A DNA stretch of 64,000 nucleotides from Hyphomicrobium sp. Its GTDB lineage: Bacteria > Pseudomonadota > Alphaproteobacteria > Rhizobiales > Hyphomicrobiaceae. Position 1 is the stretch's first letter, and each line of letters starts with the position of its first letter. Below, in pieces: positions 9,347 through 21,279 of this stretch. Both the position numbers and the translations under genes were made by a program. Below the pieces are notes generated by a model. That model was not told the origin of the DNA. It worked only from the letters and a program-made list of their open reading frames with translations, and ran no database searches. Where the stretch lies: the NCBI RefSeq assembly GCF_036262015.1, contig NZ_DATAJR010000006.1, forward strand, positions 22,955 through 86,954. Direction: 5' to 3'.

Positions 9347-10558
9347 ATGGTTGGCAAGCTGCGCGGCGCGCTCAAGTTCGTTCATCATGAAGCGTCCGGC
9401 GGCGTCATGCTGCTCATGGCAGCAATGCTGGCTCTCCTGTTAGCCAACTCGCCGCTCGCGGCCCTCTATGGCGCACTCCTCGATACGCACCTCTCGGTCA
9501 AGATCGGCGAATGGGGCATTGACAAGAACCTGCTCCATTGGATCAACGACGGCCTGATGGCCATTTTCTTTTTTCACGTGGGTCTCGAGATCAAACGTGA
9601 GTTGGTCGAAGGCGAGCTTTCGACCGTGAAGCAGGCCGCGCTGCCTGCGCTCGGCGCCCTGGGTGGCATGATTGTCCCGGCGCTCATCTACATAGGGATC
9701 AACCGCAATGACCCGCACGCTATTGCCGGTTGGGCGATTCCGACCGCAACCGACATTGCATTCGCGGTCGGCGTTCTGGCGCTCGTCGGCTCGCGCATTC
9801 CGCCAGCGTTGAAGATCTATCTTCTCGCGCTCGCCATTATCGACGATCTCGGCGCGATTTTGATCATTGCGTTCTTCTACACCTACAATTTGTCGATGAT
9901 GGCGTTGCTGCTCGCCGGTCTCGGCGTTGTCGGCTTGGTCGTCCTCAATCGCCGTGGTGTGACCAGCACGGCCGCCTATGTGCTGATGGGCTTTTTTGTC
10001 TGGCTTTGCGTGCTGAAGTCCGGTGTGCACGCCACGCTGGCTGGTGTCATTACTGCGTTCGCCATTCCCCTGACCCCAATCGTAAACGGCGACAGGCACA
10101 AAACCTCGGAATCGCTCGCCTCGCGGCTCCAGGAGAACCTGCATCCATGGGTGAACTTCGGCGTGCTGCCGGCGTTCGCGTTTGCCAACGCGGGCGTCTC
10201 TCTGGCGGGTTTGACACTGGCGAAGTTGGTAAGCCCCATCCCGCTCGGAATCGCGCTCGGCCTATTGGTTGGCAAGGCCATCGGTGTCTTCGGCTTCTCG
10301 TCTCTGGCGATCGCATTTGGGGCAGGATCACGGCCCGAAGGTGCGTCGTGGACTCAGCTCTTCGGGGTGTCCGTATTGGCGGGCATCGGTTTCACCATGA
10401 GCTTGTTCATCGGCATGCTCGCGTTCCCGGAGCCGCAATACGCCGCCGACATTCGGATCGGTGTCCTCTCCGGCTCGATTTGCGCGGCCCTGATCGGATA
10501 TCTGATCCTCACACGCGCCAAGCCAGCTCTCGCGCCACCGTCCTCAGCCAAGCGTTGA
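9347..10558 (+). CDS. nhaA: Na+/H+ antiporter NhaA
   Basis: WINDGLMAIFF, GWAIPTATDIAFA, LAIIDDLGA, KSGVHAT, GIGFTMSLFI. Confidence 0.96.
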   Translation: MVGKLRGALKFVHHEASGGVMLLMAAMLALLLANSPLAALYGALLDTHLSVKIGEWGIDKNLLHWINDGLMAIFFFHVGLEIKRELVEGELSTVKQAALPALGALGGMIVPALIYIGINRNDPHAIAGWAIPTATDIAFAVGVLALVGSRIPPALKIYLLALAIIDDLGAILIIAFFYTYNLSMMALLLAGLGVVGLVVLNRRGVTSTAAYVLMGFFVWLCVLKSGVHATLAGVITAFAIPLTPIVNGDRHKTSESLASRLQENLHPWVNFGVLPAFAFANAGVSLAGLTLAKLVSPIPLGIALGLLVGKAIGVFGFSSLAIAFGAGSRPEGASWTQLFGVSVLAGIGFTMSLFIGMLAFPEPQYAADIRIGVLSGSICAALIGYLILTRAKPALAPPSSAKR

Positions 10559-10572
10559 ACGGTGCCAAAAAA

Positions 10573-10597
10573 TATGGCCGGGACGAGCCCGGCCATA
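10573..10597. repeat. REP-like palindrome ('VMAGLVPAI' type), copy 1
   Basis: TATGGCCGGG-N5-CCCGGCCATA between convergent nhaA and sulP; related copy at 40154. Confidence 0.75.
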
Positions 10598-10631
10598 ACC
10601 GCATCATGGTTGTGCGCTGGAGCTGATGTCG

Positions 10632-12164
10632 TCAGCGGCCGGTCGCTTCGGCACGCGCGCGCAGGCTGCTCCGCGCCTTGTACTTCTCGGTAAGCCCATC
10701 CCACTCGATGTCGAGCGAGCCGCCGGTCGTCTTGTGTTGGCGGTCCCAGTTCGTCAGCAGGTCGATGCAGGCATGATCGATGTAGTCGAGATCGCCGATA
10801 TGGACGTGCACATGCGTGTTGGGCTTGAGCCGTTCCAGCTCGCTTGCGAGTATCGGCAAACGGATCAGCGTCGCCGCGCCTTTAAGATGGAGATCAACGC
10901 GGTCGCCTGACTCCTCCTTGCGGATCTCGAGGTGCGAGAACGCATAGAGCAGCTTGATGAGCGATAGCACAAGGCCGACGACCACGCCTGCGAGCAGGTT
11001 GGTGGCGACGATTGTCGCGATGGTAATGAAATAGATCGCAACCTCGCTCGTGCCGTACTTCCGCAAGGTCGGCACGATCTTCGGATACGCAAGCTTGTAG
11101 CCGGTATAGACGAGCACCGCCGCGAGTGCGGAGACTGGAATATAAGTCAGTGTGAACGGCAGTACGCTCGCGAATAGGAGCAGCCAGATGCCGTGCAAGA
11201 TCGCAGAGGCACGCGTCACAGCTCCGGCATCGACGTTGGCGCCCGAGCGCACGATGACGCCGGTCATCGGCAGCACGCCGAGCAGGCCGCAAAGCGTATT
11301 GCCGACGCCCTGCGCCGTGAGTTCCTTGTCGTACTTCGTGCGTGGGCCGCTGTGCATCTGATCGACAGCCGTTGCACAGAGCAGTGTTTCCGCGCTGGCG
11401 ATGAAGGCGATTGAGATGGCGCCGATGAGGATCGGTGTTTCGAAGATGCGCATCAGATTTTCTGGCGTCGGGAATACGACCGTCGACCAGATGTTGTCCG
11501 GCACTTGGACGTAGTGAATGTCCGTGAGGCGGAGAACGCTTGCGGCAATCATAGCCACGATCACACCGACCAGCGGCGCGGGCATCATGCGCCAAGACTT
11601 GGGGGCGAACGACCAGCCCGCAATGGCGAGGATCGTGAGAAGGCCGATGGCGCCCGCCTTGAGCGTGTGGTCACCCGCTTGGAAGGCGGCCAGCAGCGCA
11701 CCGGGAATGCCGATGAGGTTCTGGATGCCGGTGCCGATCGGCTTGCCGTCGAGCATGACGTGGAACTGTGCGACGAGGATCAAGACGCCGATACCCGCAA
11801 GCATGCCGTGAATGACGGCCGGTGAAACGGCGCGGAACCATTGGCCGAGCTTGAACGTGCCGGCGGCGAACTGGAGAAGGCCGGCGAACAGGACGACCAC
11901 GCCGAGCATCTCGGCACCGTTGGACTGAACGAACTGAAGAACGAGAACGCTGAGGCCCGCCGCGGGGCCGCTTACCTGAAGGGGGGAACCGGCAAGCGAA
12001 CCGACGATGATGCCGCCGATGATGCCGGTAATGATGCCGGCCGTCGGCGGCATGCCCGAGGCGATCGAGATGCCCATGCAGAGGGGCAGCGCGACGAGGA
12101 AGACGACGACTGAGGCAAGGAGGTCCTTGCTGAGGGTCGAGGTCGACGAAGACTGTGACGTCAT
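10632..12164 (-). CDS. SulP/SLC26-family inorganic anion (likely bicarbonate) transporter
   Basis: VALPLCMGISIASG, QVSGPAAGL, ASAETLLCATAVD, GVIVRSGANV; short STAS-like C-terminus. Confidence 0.92.
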   Translation of the reverse strand: MTSQSSSTSTLSKDLLASVVVFLVALPLCMGISIASGMPPTAGIITGIIGGIIVGSLAGSPLQVSGPAAGLSVLVLQFVQSNGAEMLGVVVLFAGLLQFAAGTFKLGQWFRAVSPAVIHGMLAGIGVLILVAQFHVMLDGKPIGTGIQNLIGIPGALLAAFQAGDHTLKAGAIGLLTILAIAGWSFAPKSWRMMPAPLVGVIVAMIAASVLRLTDIHYVQVPDNIWSTVVFPTPENLMRIFETPILIGAISIAFIASAETLLCATAVDQMHSGPRTKYDKELTAQGVGNTLCGLLGVLPMTGVIVRSGANVDAGAVTRASAILHGIWLLLFASVLPFTLTYIPVSALAAVLVYTGYKLAYPKIVPTLRKYGTSEVAIYFITIATIVATNLLAGVVVGLVLSLIKLLYAFSHLEIRKEESGDRVDLHLKGAATLIRLPILASELERLKPNTHVHVHIGDLDYIDHACIDLLTNWDRQHKTTGGSLDIEWDGLTEKYKARSSLRARAEATGR

Positions 12165-12463
12165 GAATAATCGCGCCGGGCCTTCTTTGTTGTTGTCCAG
12201 CGCGCCCCTTATTTGCTGCGAAGCAGCGTTCCCCAAACGCCGCGGACGATAGCGGCTGGATGTCACACCCGCAACCGGAAGTGAGACGCCTTACGGCGAA
12301 GGGTCACAAGCTAGGGGTGCTGGGGCTGTGCACAGCTTGCAGGTGGGGTGCGACGATTGCAGGCTCGCACTCGGCGGTGCTTGAGGTAAAAACCTTAGTA
12401 ACACGCCACGGATCCCGCCGCGTGTACCTGGAAATTCCTGACTTTTCCTTTGGGCCATAGAGC

Positions 12464-13102
12464 ATGTCGAGCTTCCCCGAAACCCTGACCGACCGCTTCC
12501 GCCGCTTCAAGCATCGCCACTTCGTTCCCAATGCCGATCAGTACGAAGAGCTGGCACGATACGGCCAAAGCCCGGAAGTGATGGTTATCTCGTGCTGTGA
12601 CAGCCGCGTAGACCCGGAAACCATCTTCACCGCCATGCCCGGTGAGATGTTTGTGGTCCGCAACGTCGCGAACCTCGTTCCACCCTATGAGACGGGCGGC
12701 AAATACCACGGCGTTTCGACCGCGATTGAATTCGCGGTCATGAATCTCCGGGTTAAGCACTTGATCATCATGGGCCATTCCGGCTGCGGCGGCGTCAAGG
12801 CGGCACTCGACCAAAGCGCTGCAATCCAGACCGAGGCCATGTTCATCTCGCGCTGGATGTCGATGCTCGACGAAGCGCGTCTTCGCGTCCTGGCATCGCA
12901 CCAGATGTCCCCGACCGCCGAAAAGCTGAAGGCGCTCGAACTGGAAGGCATCAAGAACTCGATCGCCAATCTGCGAACATTCCCGTTCGTGAAGAAGGAA
13001 GAGGATAAGGGTCGTCTTTCCCTTCACGGCGCCTACTTCGATATCGCGACTGGCGAGCTGAGTGTCCTCAACCACTCGCGCGGTGAGTTCTTCGCGCTGT
13101 AG
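12464..13102 (+). CDS. Beta-class carbonic anhydrase
   Basis: Zn ligands CCDSRV and GHSGCGG, RNVANLVPP; divergent from SulP. Confidence 0.95.
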   Translation: MSSFPETLTDRFRRFKHRHFVPNADQYEELARYGQSPEVMVISCCDSRVDPETIFTAMPGEMFVVRNVANLVPPYETGGKYHGVSTAIEFAVMNLRVKHLIIMGHSGCGGVKAALDQSAAIQTEAMFISRWMSMLDEARLRVLASHQMSPTAEKLKALELEGIKNSIANLRTFPFVKKEEDKGRLSLHGAYFDIATGELSVLNHSRGEFFAL

Positions 13103-13265
13103 CAAATTTTGGGCAGCGGCCGGAATGTATGCTTCGTTACCGACAGCATCCGGCCGTCGCCCCTAACGTGCTCGCATCGGCGAAGTAGATGTCAGGCAAT
13201 GCCGACTGAGAGACGCCTTCAATTGGGCTCCCGCCTGTCTCGCGACATGGAAGAGGCAGAGACCC

Positions 13266-13478
13266 ATGGTGTACGCTCCCCGTTCCTTCTTCGAAAACGA
13301 AGACTTGATTCAACTCCGGCAGGTATTCGTCGAGTCCTGCGATCGGCTTGAGATCGGTTGGACTGTCGACCGGGCTCCGGTCAGGGAGCGCATTGCAAAC
13401 CTGATCATGCTGATGGCACGCGGGGAAAGCGATCCGGAAATAATTCAGCGCCGCGTGATGCTGTACCTGCAGAATTGA
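13266..13478 (+). CDS. Small hypothetical protein (70 aa)
   Basis: ATG preceded by GGAAGAGG; fills the gap between CA and ccmG; RERIANLIMLMARGESDPE resembles small Hyphomicrobiales orphan proteins. Confidence 0.6.
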   Translation: MVYAPRSFFENEDLIQLRQVFVESCDRLEIGWTVDRAPVRERIANLIMLMARGESDPEIIQRRVMLYLQN

Positions 13479-13487
13479 TAAGCGATA

Positions 13488-14075
13488 TCACGGCCTTGCG
13501 GTGCGCGCCTTTTCGATCTCGGGCAGCAGCTTGCTCTCCAGGCTGCTTTGGGAGATGGGCCCCACGTGCTTATAGGCGATCTCGCCACGGCCGTTGATGA
13601 CGAACGTCTCGGGCATTCCATAGACACCCCATTCGATGGCGCTGCGCCCGGTTTGATCAGTGCCGATGGCCGTGAAGGGGTTGCCGAAGCGGCCGATGAA
13701 GCGTCGGCCGGCCTCCGCCTGGTCCTTGTAGTTGACGCCGTAGATATCGACGCCCGAGCGCTCCCGGAGCGTGATGAGGAGAGGATGCTCCTCGATGCAC
13801 GGCCCGCACCAGGAGGCCCAGAAGTTCACAACCGAAACCTTGCCCTTCGCGAGGTCGGCGGCATGGAAGCCGGGAACCGGCTGCCCATTGTCTGTGAGGC
13901 CTTCGAGCGGCGGGAAGTTGGTCTGCGGGACCGGGCGGCCGATGAGCGCCGAGGGTAGCTTGCTGGGATCGCCGGTCAGTCCGAATGCGAACAATCCCGC
14001 GAGTGCGATGAAGATCAGCAGCGGAGCCATCACCCAGCCGCGGCCACGGCGGCGGACGTTTGCGTCAGTGGTCAT
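13488..14075 (-). CDS. ccmG: Cytochrome c biogenesis thiol:disulfide interchange protein DsbE/CcmG
   Basis: NFWASWCGPC thioredoxin motif, WGVYGMPETF, N-terminal membrane anchor. Confidence 0.95.
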   Translation of the reverse strand: MTTDANVRRRGRGWVMAPLLIFIALAGLFAFGLTGDPSKLPSALIGRPVPQTNFPPLEGLTDNGQPVPGFHAADLAKGKVSVVNFWASWCGPCIEEHPLLITLRERSGVDIYGVNYKDQAEAGRRFIGRFGNPFTAIGTDQTGRSAIEWGVYGMPETFVINGRGEIAYKHVGPISQSSLESKLLPEIEKARTARP

Positions 14076-14081
14076 GGCAGT

Positions 14082-14255
14082 TCAAGCTCCGCCTTCTTTC
14101 GCGGATCGGCGCCTGAGGCCGCGCCGGTCGGCCTCGGCAAGGGCGCTGGCCTGTCGCCATCCGTCGAAGAGGATCCATCCGATCAGGAGCCCGACGATGA
14201 CGACGAATGCGCCGTAGGATCCCCAGATGAAGGCTGCGTGTGGTCCGAGATCCAT
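14082..14255 (-). CDS. ccmD: Heme exporter protein CcmD
   Basis: MDLGPHAAFIWGSYG single-TM 57-aa protein between ccmC and ccmG. Confidence 0.88.
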   Translation of the reverse strand: MDLGPHAAFIWGSYGAFVVIVGLLIGWILFDGWRQASALAEADRRGLRRRSAKEGGA

Positions 14256-14260
14256 GGCGT

Positions 14261-15022
14261 CTACTCCGCGCGGACTGAGAACAACTGATCGCCGTGCTCG
14301 ACCTGCGCGAGCCGCATCGCCTTGACGCGTCGCCTCAGGATCTCGTTCTGCATGCCCTTGAGATGTAGCGCGATGAACAGCAGCGTGAAGCCGACAGCAG
14401 AGAGAAGGAGCGGCGTGCGCATACTCGGGTCCACGGTAGAAGTGAAGCCGGTGGAGGGCTGATGCAACGTGTTCCACCAATCGACCGAGAACTTGATCAC
14501 CGGAAGGATCGCAACGCCAACGAGAGCAAGAACGGCCGTAAGCTTGCCGGCCAGTGCCTCGTCCTCGAGCGAAGATCGAAGCGCGATCAGGCCGAGGTAG
14601 AGGAAGAACAGGATCAACACCGAGGTCAGCCGGGCGTCCCACACCCAATAGGTGCCCCACATGGGCTTACCCCACAGCGAGCCCGTGATCAGCGCGCAGA
14701 GCGTAAAGGCGGCACCGATTGGCGCTGCCGCCTTGGCCGATACGTCGGCGAGGGGATGACGGAACACGAGAAGGCCGAAGCTCGAAACCGCGACGATCGA
14801 ATAGCCCATCATGGCCAACCAGGCCGACGGCACGTGGATGTACATGATCTTCACCGTTTCGCCCTGCTGATAGTCGGGCGGTGAGACGAAGAACACGAGG
14901 TACATGGCGTACCCGATGAAAAGAACGGCCCCTCCGGCGACCCAAGGCAGGATCGTGCGAGAGATCTCCATAAAGCGGGTCGGGTTGGCGAGGCGCTGGG
15001 TCAGAGTTTGCATGGGCTTCAT
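14261..15022 (-). CDS. ccmC: Heme exporter/chaperone CcmC
   Basis: IMYIHVPSAW and GSLWGKPMWGTYWVWDARLTS (WWD domain); start could also be 15013. Confidence 0.96.
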   Translation of the reverse strand: MKPMQTLTQRLANPTRFMEISRTILPWVAGGAVLFIGYAMYLVFFVSPPDYQQGETVKIMYIHVPSAWLAMMGYSIVAVSSFGLLVFRHPLADVSAKAAAPIGAAFTLCALITGSLWGKPMWGTYWVWDARLTSVLILFFLYLGLIALRSSLEDEALAGKLTAVLALVGVAILPVIKFSVDWWNTLHQPSTGFTSTVDPSMRTPLLLSAVGFTLLFIALHLKGMQNEILRRRVKAMRLAQVEHGDQLFSVRAE

Positions 15023-15024
15023 GT

Positions 15025-15068
15025 AAAGCGCTTCCGGAAGACAGGGAACCGGTTTTCCCGGAGAAGGC
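15025..15068. repeat. Degenerate core of the 105-bp palindromic element
   Basis: GCGCTTCCGGAAGACAGGGAACCGGTTTTCCCGGAGAAG aligns with GTGCTTCCGGAAAAGTGGGAACCGGTTTTCCGATAAGAAG of the copies at 24183 and 57945. Confidence 0.6.
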
Positions 15069-15127
15069 AGGTTAAACAACGTTAAGGCGGCCGGTCTAAG
15101 GCCGCAATTTGCGGCTCCGCCGCACTC

Positions 15128-15796
15128 CTACGACATTTGAAGGCGCAACGCCGCAGCCGAGGCAATCGGTGCTGCCGCGAGCGACGCAACCGATATGGCG
15201 AGCAGGATGAGGAGTGAGGCGCCGAACCCGTCCTGGCCGACACTCGCGAAGCCTATGGCCGAAATACCGAAAATCAGGGTCGGAATGTAGAGCGGCAGCA
15301 CCAGCAAGGCGAGCAGCAGCCCCCCGCGACGAGCCTTGAGCGTCAAGGCCGCGCCGATACTGCCGAGAAAGCTGATCGCCGGCGTGCCCGCCAGCATGGT
15401 TGCCACCAGTGCGGGCGTCAGCGCGATATCAAGATTGAGCATGAGCCCGAGCACGGGGGCCATCAGGGCAAGGGGGATGCCGGTCGAAATCCAATGTGCC
15501 AGCGCTTTGGCCGTCACGGCGAGTTCCAGAGGAAGAGGTGCGGTCGCCATCACTTCGAGTGATCCGTCCTCGTGATCGGCTTCGAACAACCGCGGGAGAG
15601 ACAGCAACGCCGCGAGCAGCAGCGCAATCCACAGCACGCCCGGCGCAATGCGCGACAAAAGTTTGAGATCGGGGCCGAGCCCAAGCGGCAGCAGTGCGAC
15701 GACGACCACATAGAAGCCAAGCGCCGTCCCGAGCGCCGAGCCCTCACGCACGGCGAGGAGGAGATCGCGTTTGAGAAGGGCTAGAAAGGCACTCAT
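15128..15796 (-). CDS. ccmB: Heme exporter permease CcmB
   Basis: DHEDGSLE, KALAHW, LLVLPLYIPTLIFG. Confidence 0.96.
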   Translation of the reverse strand: MSAFLALLKRDLLLAVREGSALGTALGFYVVVVALLPLGLGPDLKLLSRIAPGVLWIALLLAALLSLPRLFEADHEDGSLEVMATAPLPLELAVTAKALAHWISTGIPLALMAPVLGLMLNLDIALTPALVATMLAGTPAISFLGSIGAALTLKARRGGLLLALLVLPLYIPTLIFGISAIGFASVGQDGFGASLLILLAISVASLAAAPIASAAALRLQMS

Positions 15797-16467
15797 GGCT
15801 GCTGTCCCTCGACCGGAGGAAGGCCCGCTGATTGGGTTGTCGAGGTTCCGGGAGATGGCCCGAGCCGGAGATAGACGGGCCGCTCGAGGCCGAGGGGCAG
15901 ATGTGTCGCGGCGATCACGAGACCGTCGCGCGCAAGGTGCTGTTGGATAAGGCGAGCAAGCAGCTCGGTGGAAGCAGCGTCCAGCGAAACGGTCGGCTCG
16001 TCGAGGAGCCAGATCGGGCGTGTCGCGATGCTGAGGCGCGCGAGTCCAAGCCGCCGTTTCTGCCCCGCTGACAGAAGGCCGGCCGGAAAATCGGCGAGGG
16101 CGGCGAGGCCAAAGTCACCGAGCGCCGCATCGACGCGATCCGCGAGTGTCGCCCTGTCTCCTCCGAGATATTCGCCCCAGAAGGCAAGGTTCTGCTCGGC
16201 GGTCAGGTTGGCTTTGATGCCCGTCAGGTGGCCGACATAGTGGCACACCTCCGCGACATCCCGATTTGCCGAGTCGCCTTTGAGCGAAATGGTCCCGGAA
16301 ACGGGCGCAATGAAACCGGCGAGCGTACGGATCAGCGTCGTCTTCCCCGCTCCGTTTGGCCCGACGAGCAGCAACGCTTCACCGGCCTGCGCCGTGAAGG
16401 ACAGGTTCGAGATGACGGTGCGCGTTCCGCGCTCGACAGTCAGATTATCGGCTTGAAGATGGATCAC
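15793..16467 (-). CDS. ccmA: Heme ABC exporter ATP-binding protein CcmA
   Basis: GPNGAGKT Walker A, LSAGQKRR signature, WLLDEP; overlaps the ccmB start. Confidence 0.96.
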   Translation of the reverse strand: MIHLQADNLTVERGTRTVISNLSFTAQAGEALLLVGPNGAGKTTLIRTLAGFIAPVSGTISLKGDSANRDVAEVCHYVGHLTGIKANLTAEQNLAFWGEYLGGDRATLADRVDAALGDFGLAALADFPAGLLSAGQKRRLGLARLSIATRPIWLLDEPTVSLDAASTELLARLIQQHLARDGLVIAATHLPLGLERPVYLRLGPSPGTSTTQSAGLPPVEGQQP

Positions 16468-16690
16468 GCGACAGACCGGAGTTCCGCTCGAAGCGCGTTC
16501 GTCTGCGAGGGGTTTGCAAAATTTACGAGCACAACTGTGCTGGTTCTCGACTTTTGGTGCCTATATAATTTGCTTGCTTCATAGTATGCCACTGCAAAAA
16601 TACCGTTGGCGCACCCGTGCCCTACGAGGTGGTCATGCCGACGGGCTGTATAGCGTCAGCCCAATAAATCCTGTTCTGAGGAGAAGAAAC

Positions 16691-19420
<2,730 letters not shown>

Positions 19421-19468
19421 GGAATTCGGGGTGCGGGTTGCCGCTCTGGCCCGATCCGGAAACTACGT

Positions 19469-19505
19469 AGGGCATCCGGCCTGGCAAAATCAGGCGGGAT
19501 GCCCT
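19469..19505. terminator. Long hairpin after acnA
   Basis: AGGGCATCC-G-GCCTG-N7-CAGGC-G-GGATGCCCT; no U-tail. Confidence 0.4.
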
Positions 19506-19610
19506 GGACCATCGGCGCTTGAGATCCTATCAATCAGGGCGACACGCGGCTGACGATCGGGGGCGCGCAGGATTGGCCGGCGCGAGGCCGCCCGTCGATA
19601 AAGCGCAAGC

Positions 19611-20417
19611 ATGCAAGATAGATCCAGGTCGAGAGTTCTCCGTGCCCTGAGCCGCTCCGCTGCTGCCGCAGCTTGCGTCGTTCTCGCGGCGACCCTCGCT
19701 CTGGCCCAGGCGCCCGCAGAGCCGGTCGAGCCTCCGGCGCAAACGCCGAGCGCCCGAGAGCCGCGTCCTGTCATCGAGATGTTCACGAGCCAAGGCTGCT
19801 CGGACTGTCCCGCCGCCGATGCGCTTTTGAAGCTGTTCATCGACAAGAAGGACGTAATCGGACTGACTTTGCCGGTCGACTATTGGGACTATCTCGGATG
19901 GAAGGACACGCTCGCCGGTCCTCGCAACGCCGAGCGCCAGCGCGAATATGCGCAACGGTTCGGAATCGGCACGGTTTATACGCCGCAGGCTGTCGTCAAC
20001 GGGGCAGCGGAAGTTCTGGGTTCGAGCGAGTCGGAGATCGAACGGGCTCTCAATGCCACGGAAACCGCGCTCGGAAGCAGCCGCATTCCCGTGCATTTCT
20101 GGCACTACGGCAACAACATCATCATCGAGACCGGCAGCCTGCCTCAGGGCTCCGAGCCAAAAGAGACCACTATCTGGCTGGCGGTGGTTCAGAAGGTCGT
20201 CGAGGTCGAAGTGAAGGGCGGCGAAAATCGCGGCAAGACTCTGACCTACTACAATGTCGTGCGCGAGTTGACGCCGGTTGGCATTTGGAACGGCCGTCCG
20301 ACAACGATCCGTCTTTCCCGTGCTGCGATCATGCGGCCCGAAACGGAAGATCTGGTTGTCCTCATTCAGGAAGCCAACGCGGGCCCGATCATCGGCGCCG
20401 CGAGCTTGAACGAATAG
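19611..20417 (+). CDS. DUF1223 secreted thioredoxin-like protein
   Basis: Signal peptide, EMFTSQGCSDCPAAD, VDYWDYLGWKD, YTPQAVVNG, GENRGKTLTYYNVVR. Confidence 0.9.
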   Translation: MQDRSRSRVLRALSRSAAAAACVVLAATLALAQAPAEPVEPPAQTPSAREPRPVIEMFTSQGCSDCPAADALLKLFIDKKDVIGLTLPVDYWDYLGWKDTLAGPRNAERQREYAQRFGIGTVYTPQAVVNGAAEVLGSSESEIERALNATETALGSSRIPVHFWHYGNNIIIETGSLPQGSEPKETTIWLAVVQKVVEVEVKGGENRGKTLTYYNVVRELTPVGIWNGRPTTIRLSRAAIMRPETEDLVVLIQEANAGPIIGAASLNE

Positions 20418-20420
20418 CCG

Positions 20421-21134
20421 CTACTTGCAGCTCCACATCAGACCGCGATCGAAATGGAAGTGGTTGGCGTGCGCCGCATTGAAATCGGGACCGAGCGCGA
20501 CCCGGAAATATCGGCACGCGCGCCGATGCGCCTCACGCAGGAATTCGCTTTCGGGGCCTTTGCGTTTCCAGTCCTTGAGAACGGAGATCGAGCGCCCGTC
20601 TGCGAGCGTGAAGCCAGAGATATCGATGGCATTGGCACTCGCATGTTGGCTGCGCACGCCTTTCCAGAACGGATTGCCGACGATGTTGCGACAATCGTAG
20701 GTCCCCATATCGCCGAGCCGCACGACCTCTTGGCCGAACATCTCCTTGGCGAGTGGTTGAACCTCGTGCTCCACCCACAGCGTGAGCGCCGCAGCCATCT
20801 CGCAGGTGAGCGGCTCGACGCCGATTTTCGCCCCGCCGGTCTGTGTGAACTTCACCGCGTTGGTCCAGCCGCAATTGTTGTCCGAGACGCGATCCGGGAT
20901 CGGCGTCGCGTCGATGTGCGGTTCCTTGAGAACTGCGAGGCAAAGGTCGGGATCGAAGCGCAGCGACGACAGTTTGGGATCGACGAAAAAGGGTCGTCCT
21001 TTTTCGAGCGAAATCGGGCTGAACGGGCTGAATCGCTGCGGAACGAGGCCGAACCAGAAAGCGCCTGCCGCGGCTAGGAAAAAAACCAAAAGCAAAAGAA
21101 GCTTCGAAAAAAGACGCCGTGGCCTTTGCCGCAT
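20421..21134 (-). CDS. Extensin-like C-terminal domain protein
   Basis: N-terminal TM, GTYDCR, SQHASANAIDI, LGPDFNAAHANHFHFD. Confidence 0.88.
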   Translation of the reverse strand: MRQRPRRLFSKLLLLLVFFLAAAGAFWFGLVPQRFSPFSPISLEKGRPFFVDPKLSSLRFDPDLCLAVLKEPHIDATPIPDRVSDNNCGWTNAVKFTQTGGAKIGVEPLTCEMAAALTLWVEHEVQPLAKEMFGQEVVRLGDMGTYDCRNIVGNPFWKGVRSQHASANAIDISGFTLADGRSISVLKDWKRKGPESEFLREAHRRACRYFRVALGPDFNAAHANHFHFDRGLMWSCK

Positions 21135-21279
21135 AGCTCCCCCTGCACCTCGGGCGCCGATCCGCCGATCCCCAGATCCGCGAACGATGGCGCACACGAG
21201 CAATCAACTCGAGCGTGTCCCCGCCGTTTACCCTAGTGGGTTTCTCGCCGCCTCGAAACCCCGAGGGTTACGGAGAGGC

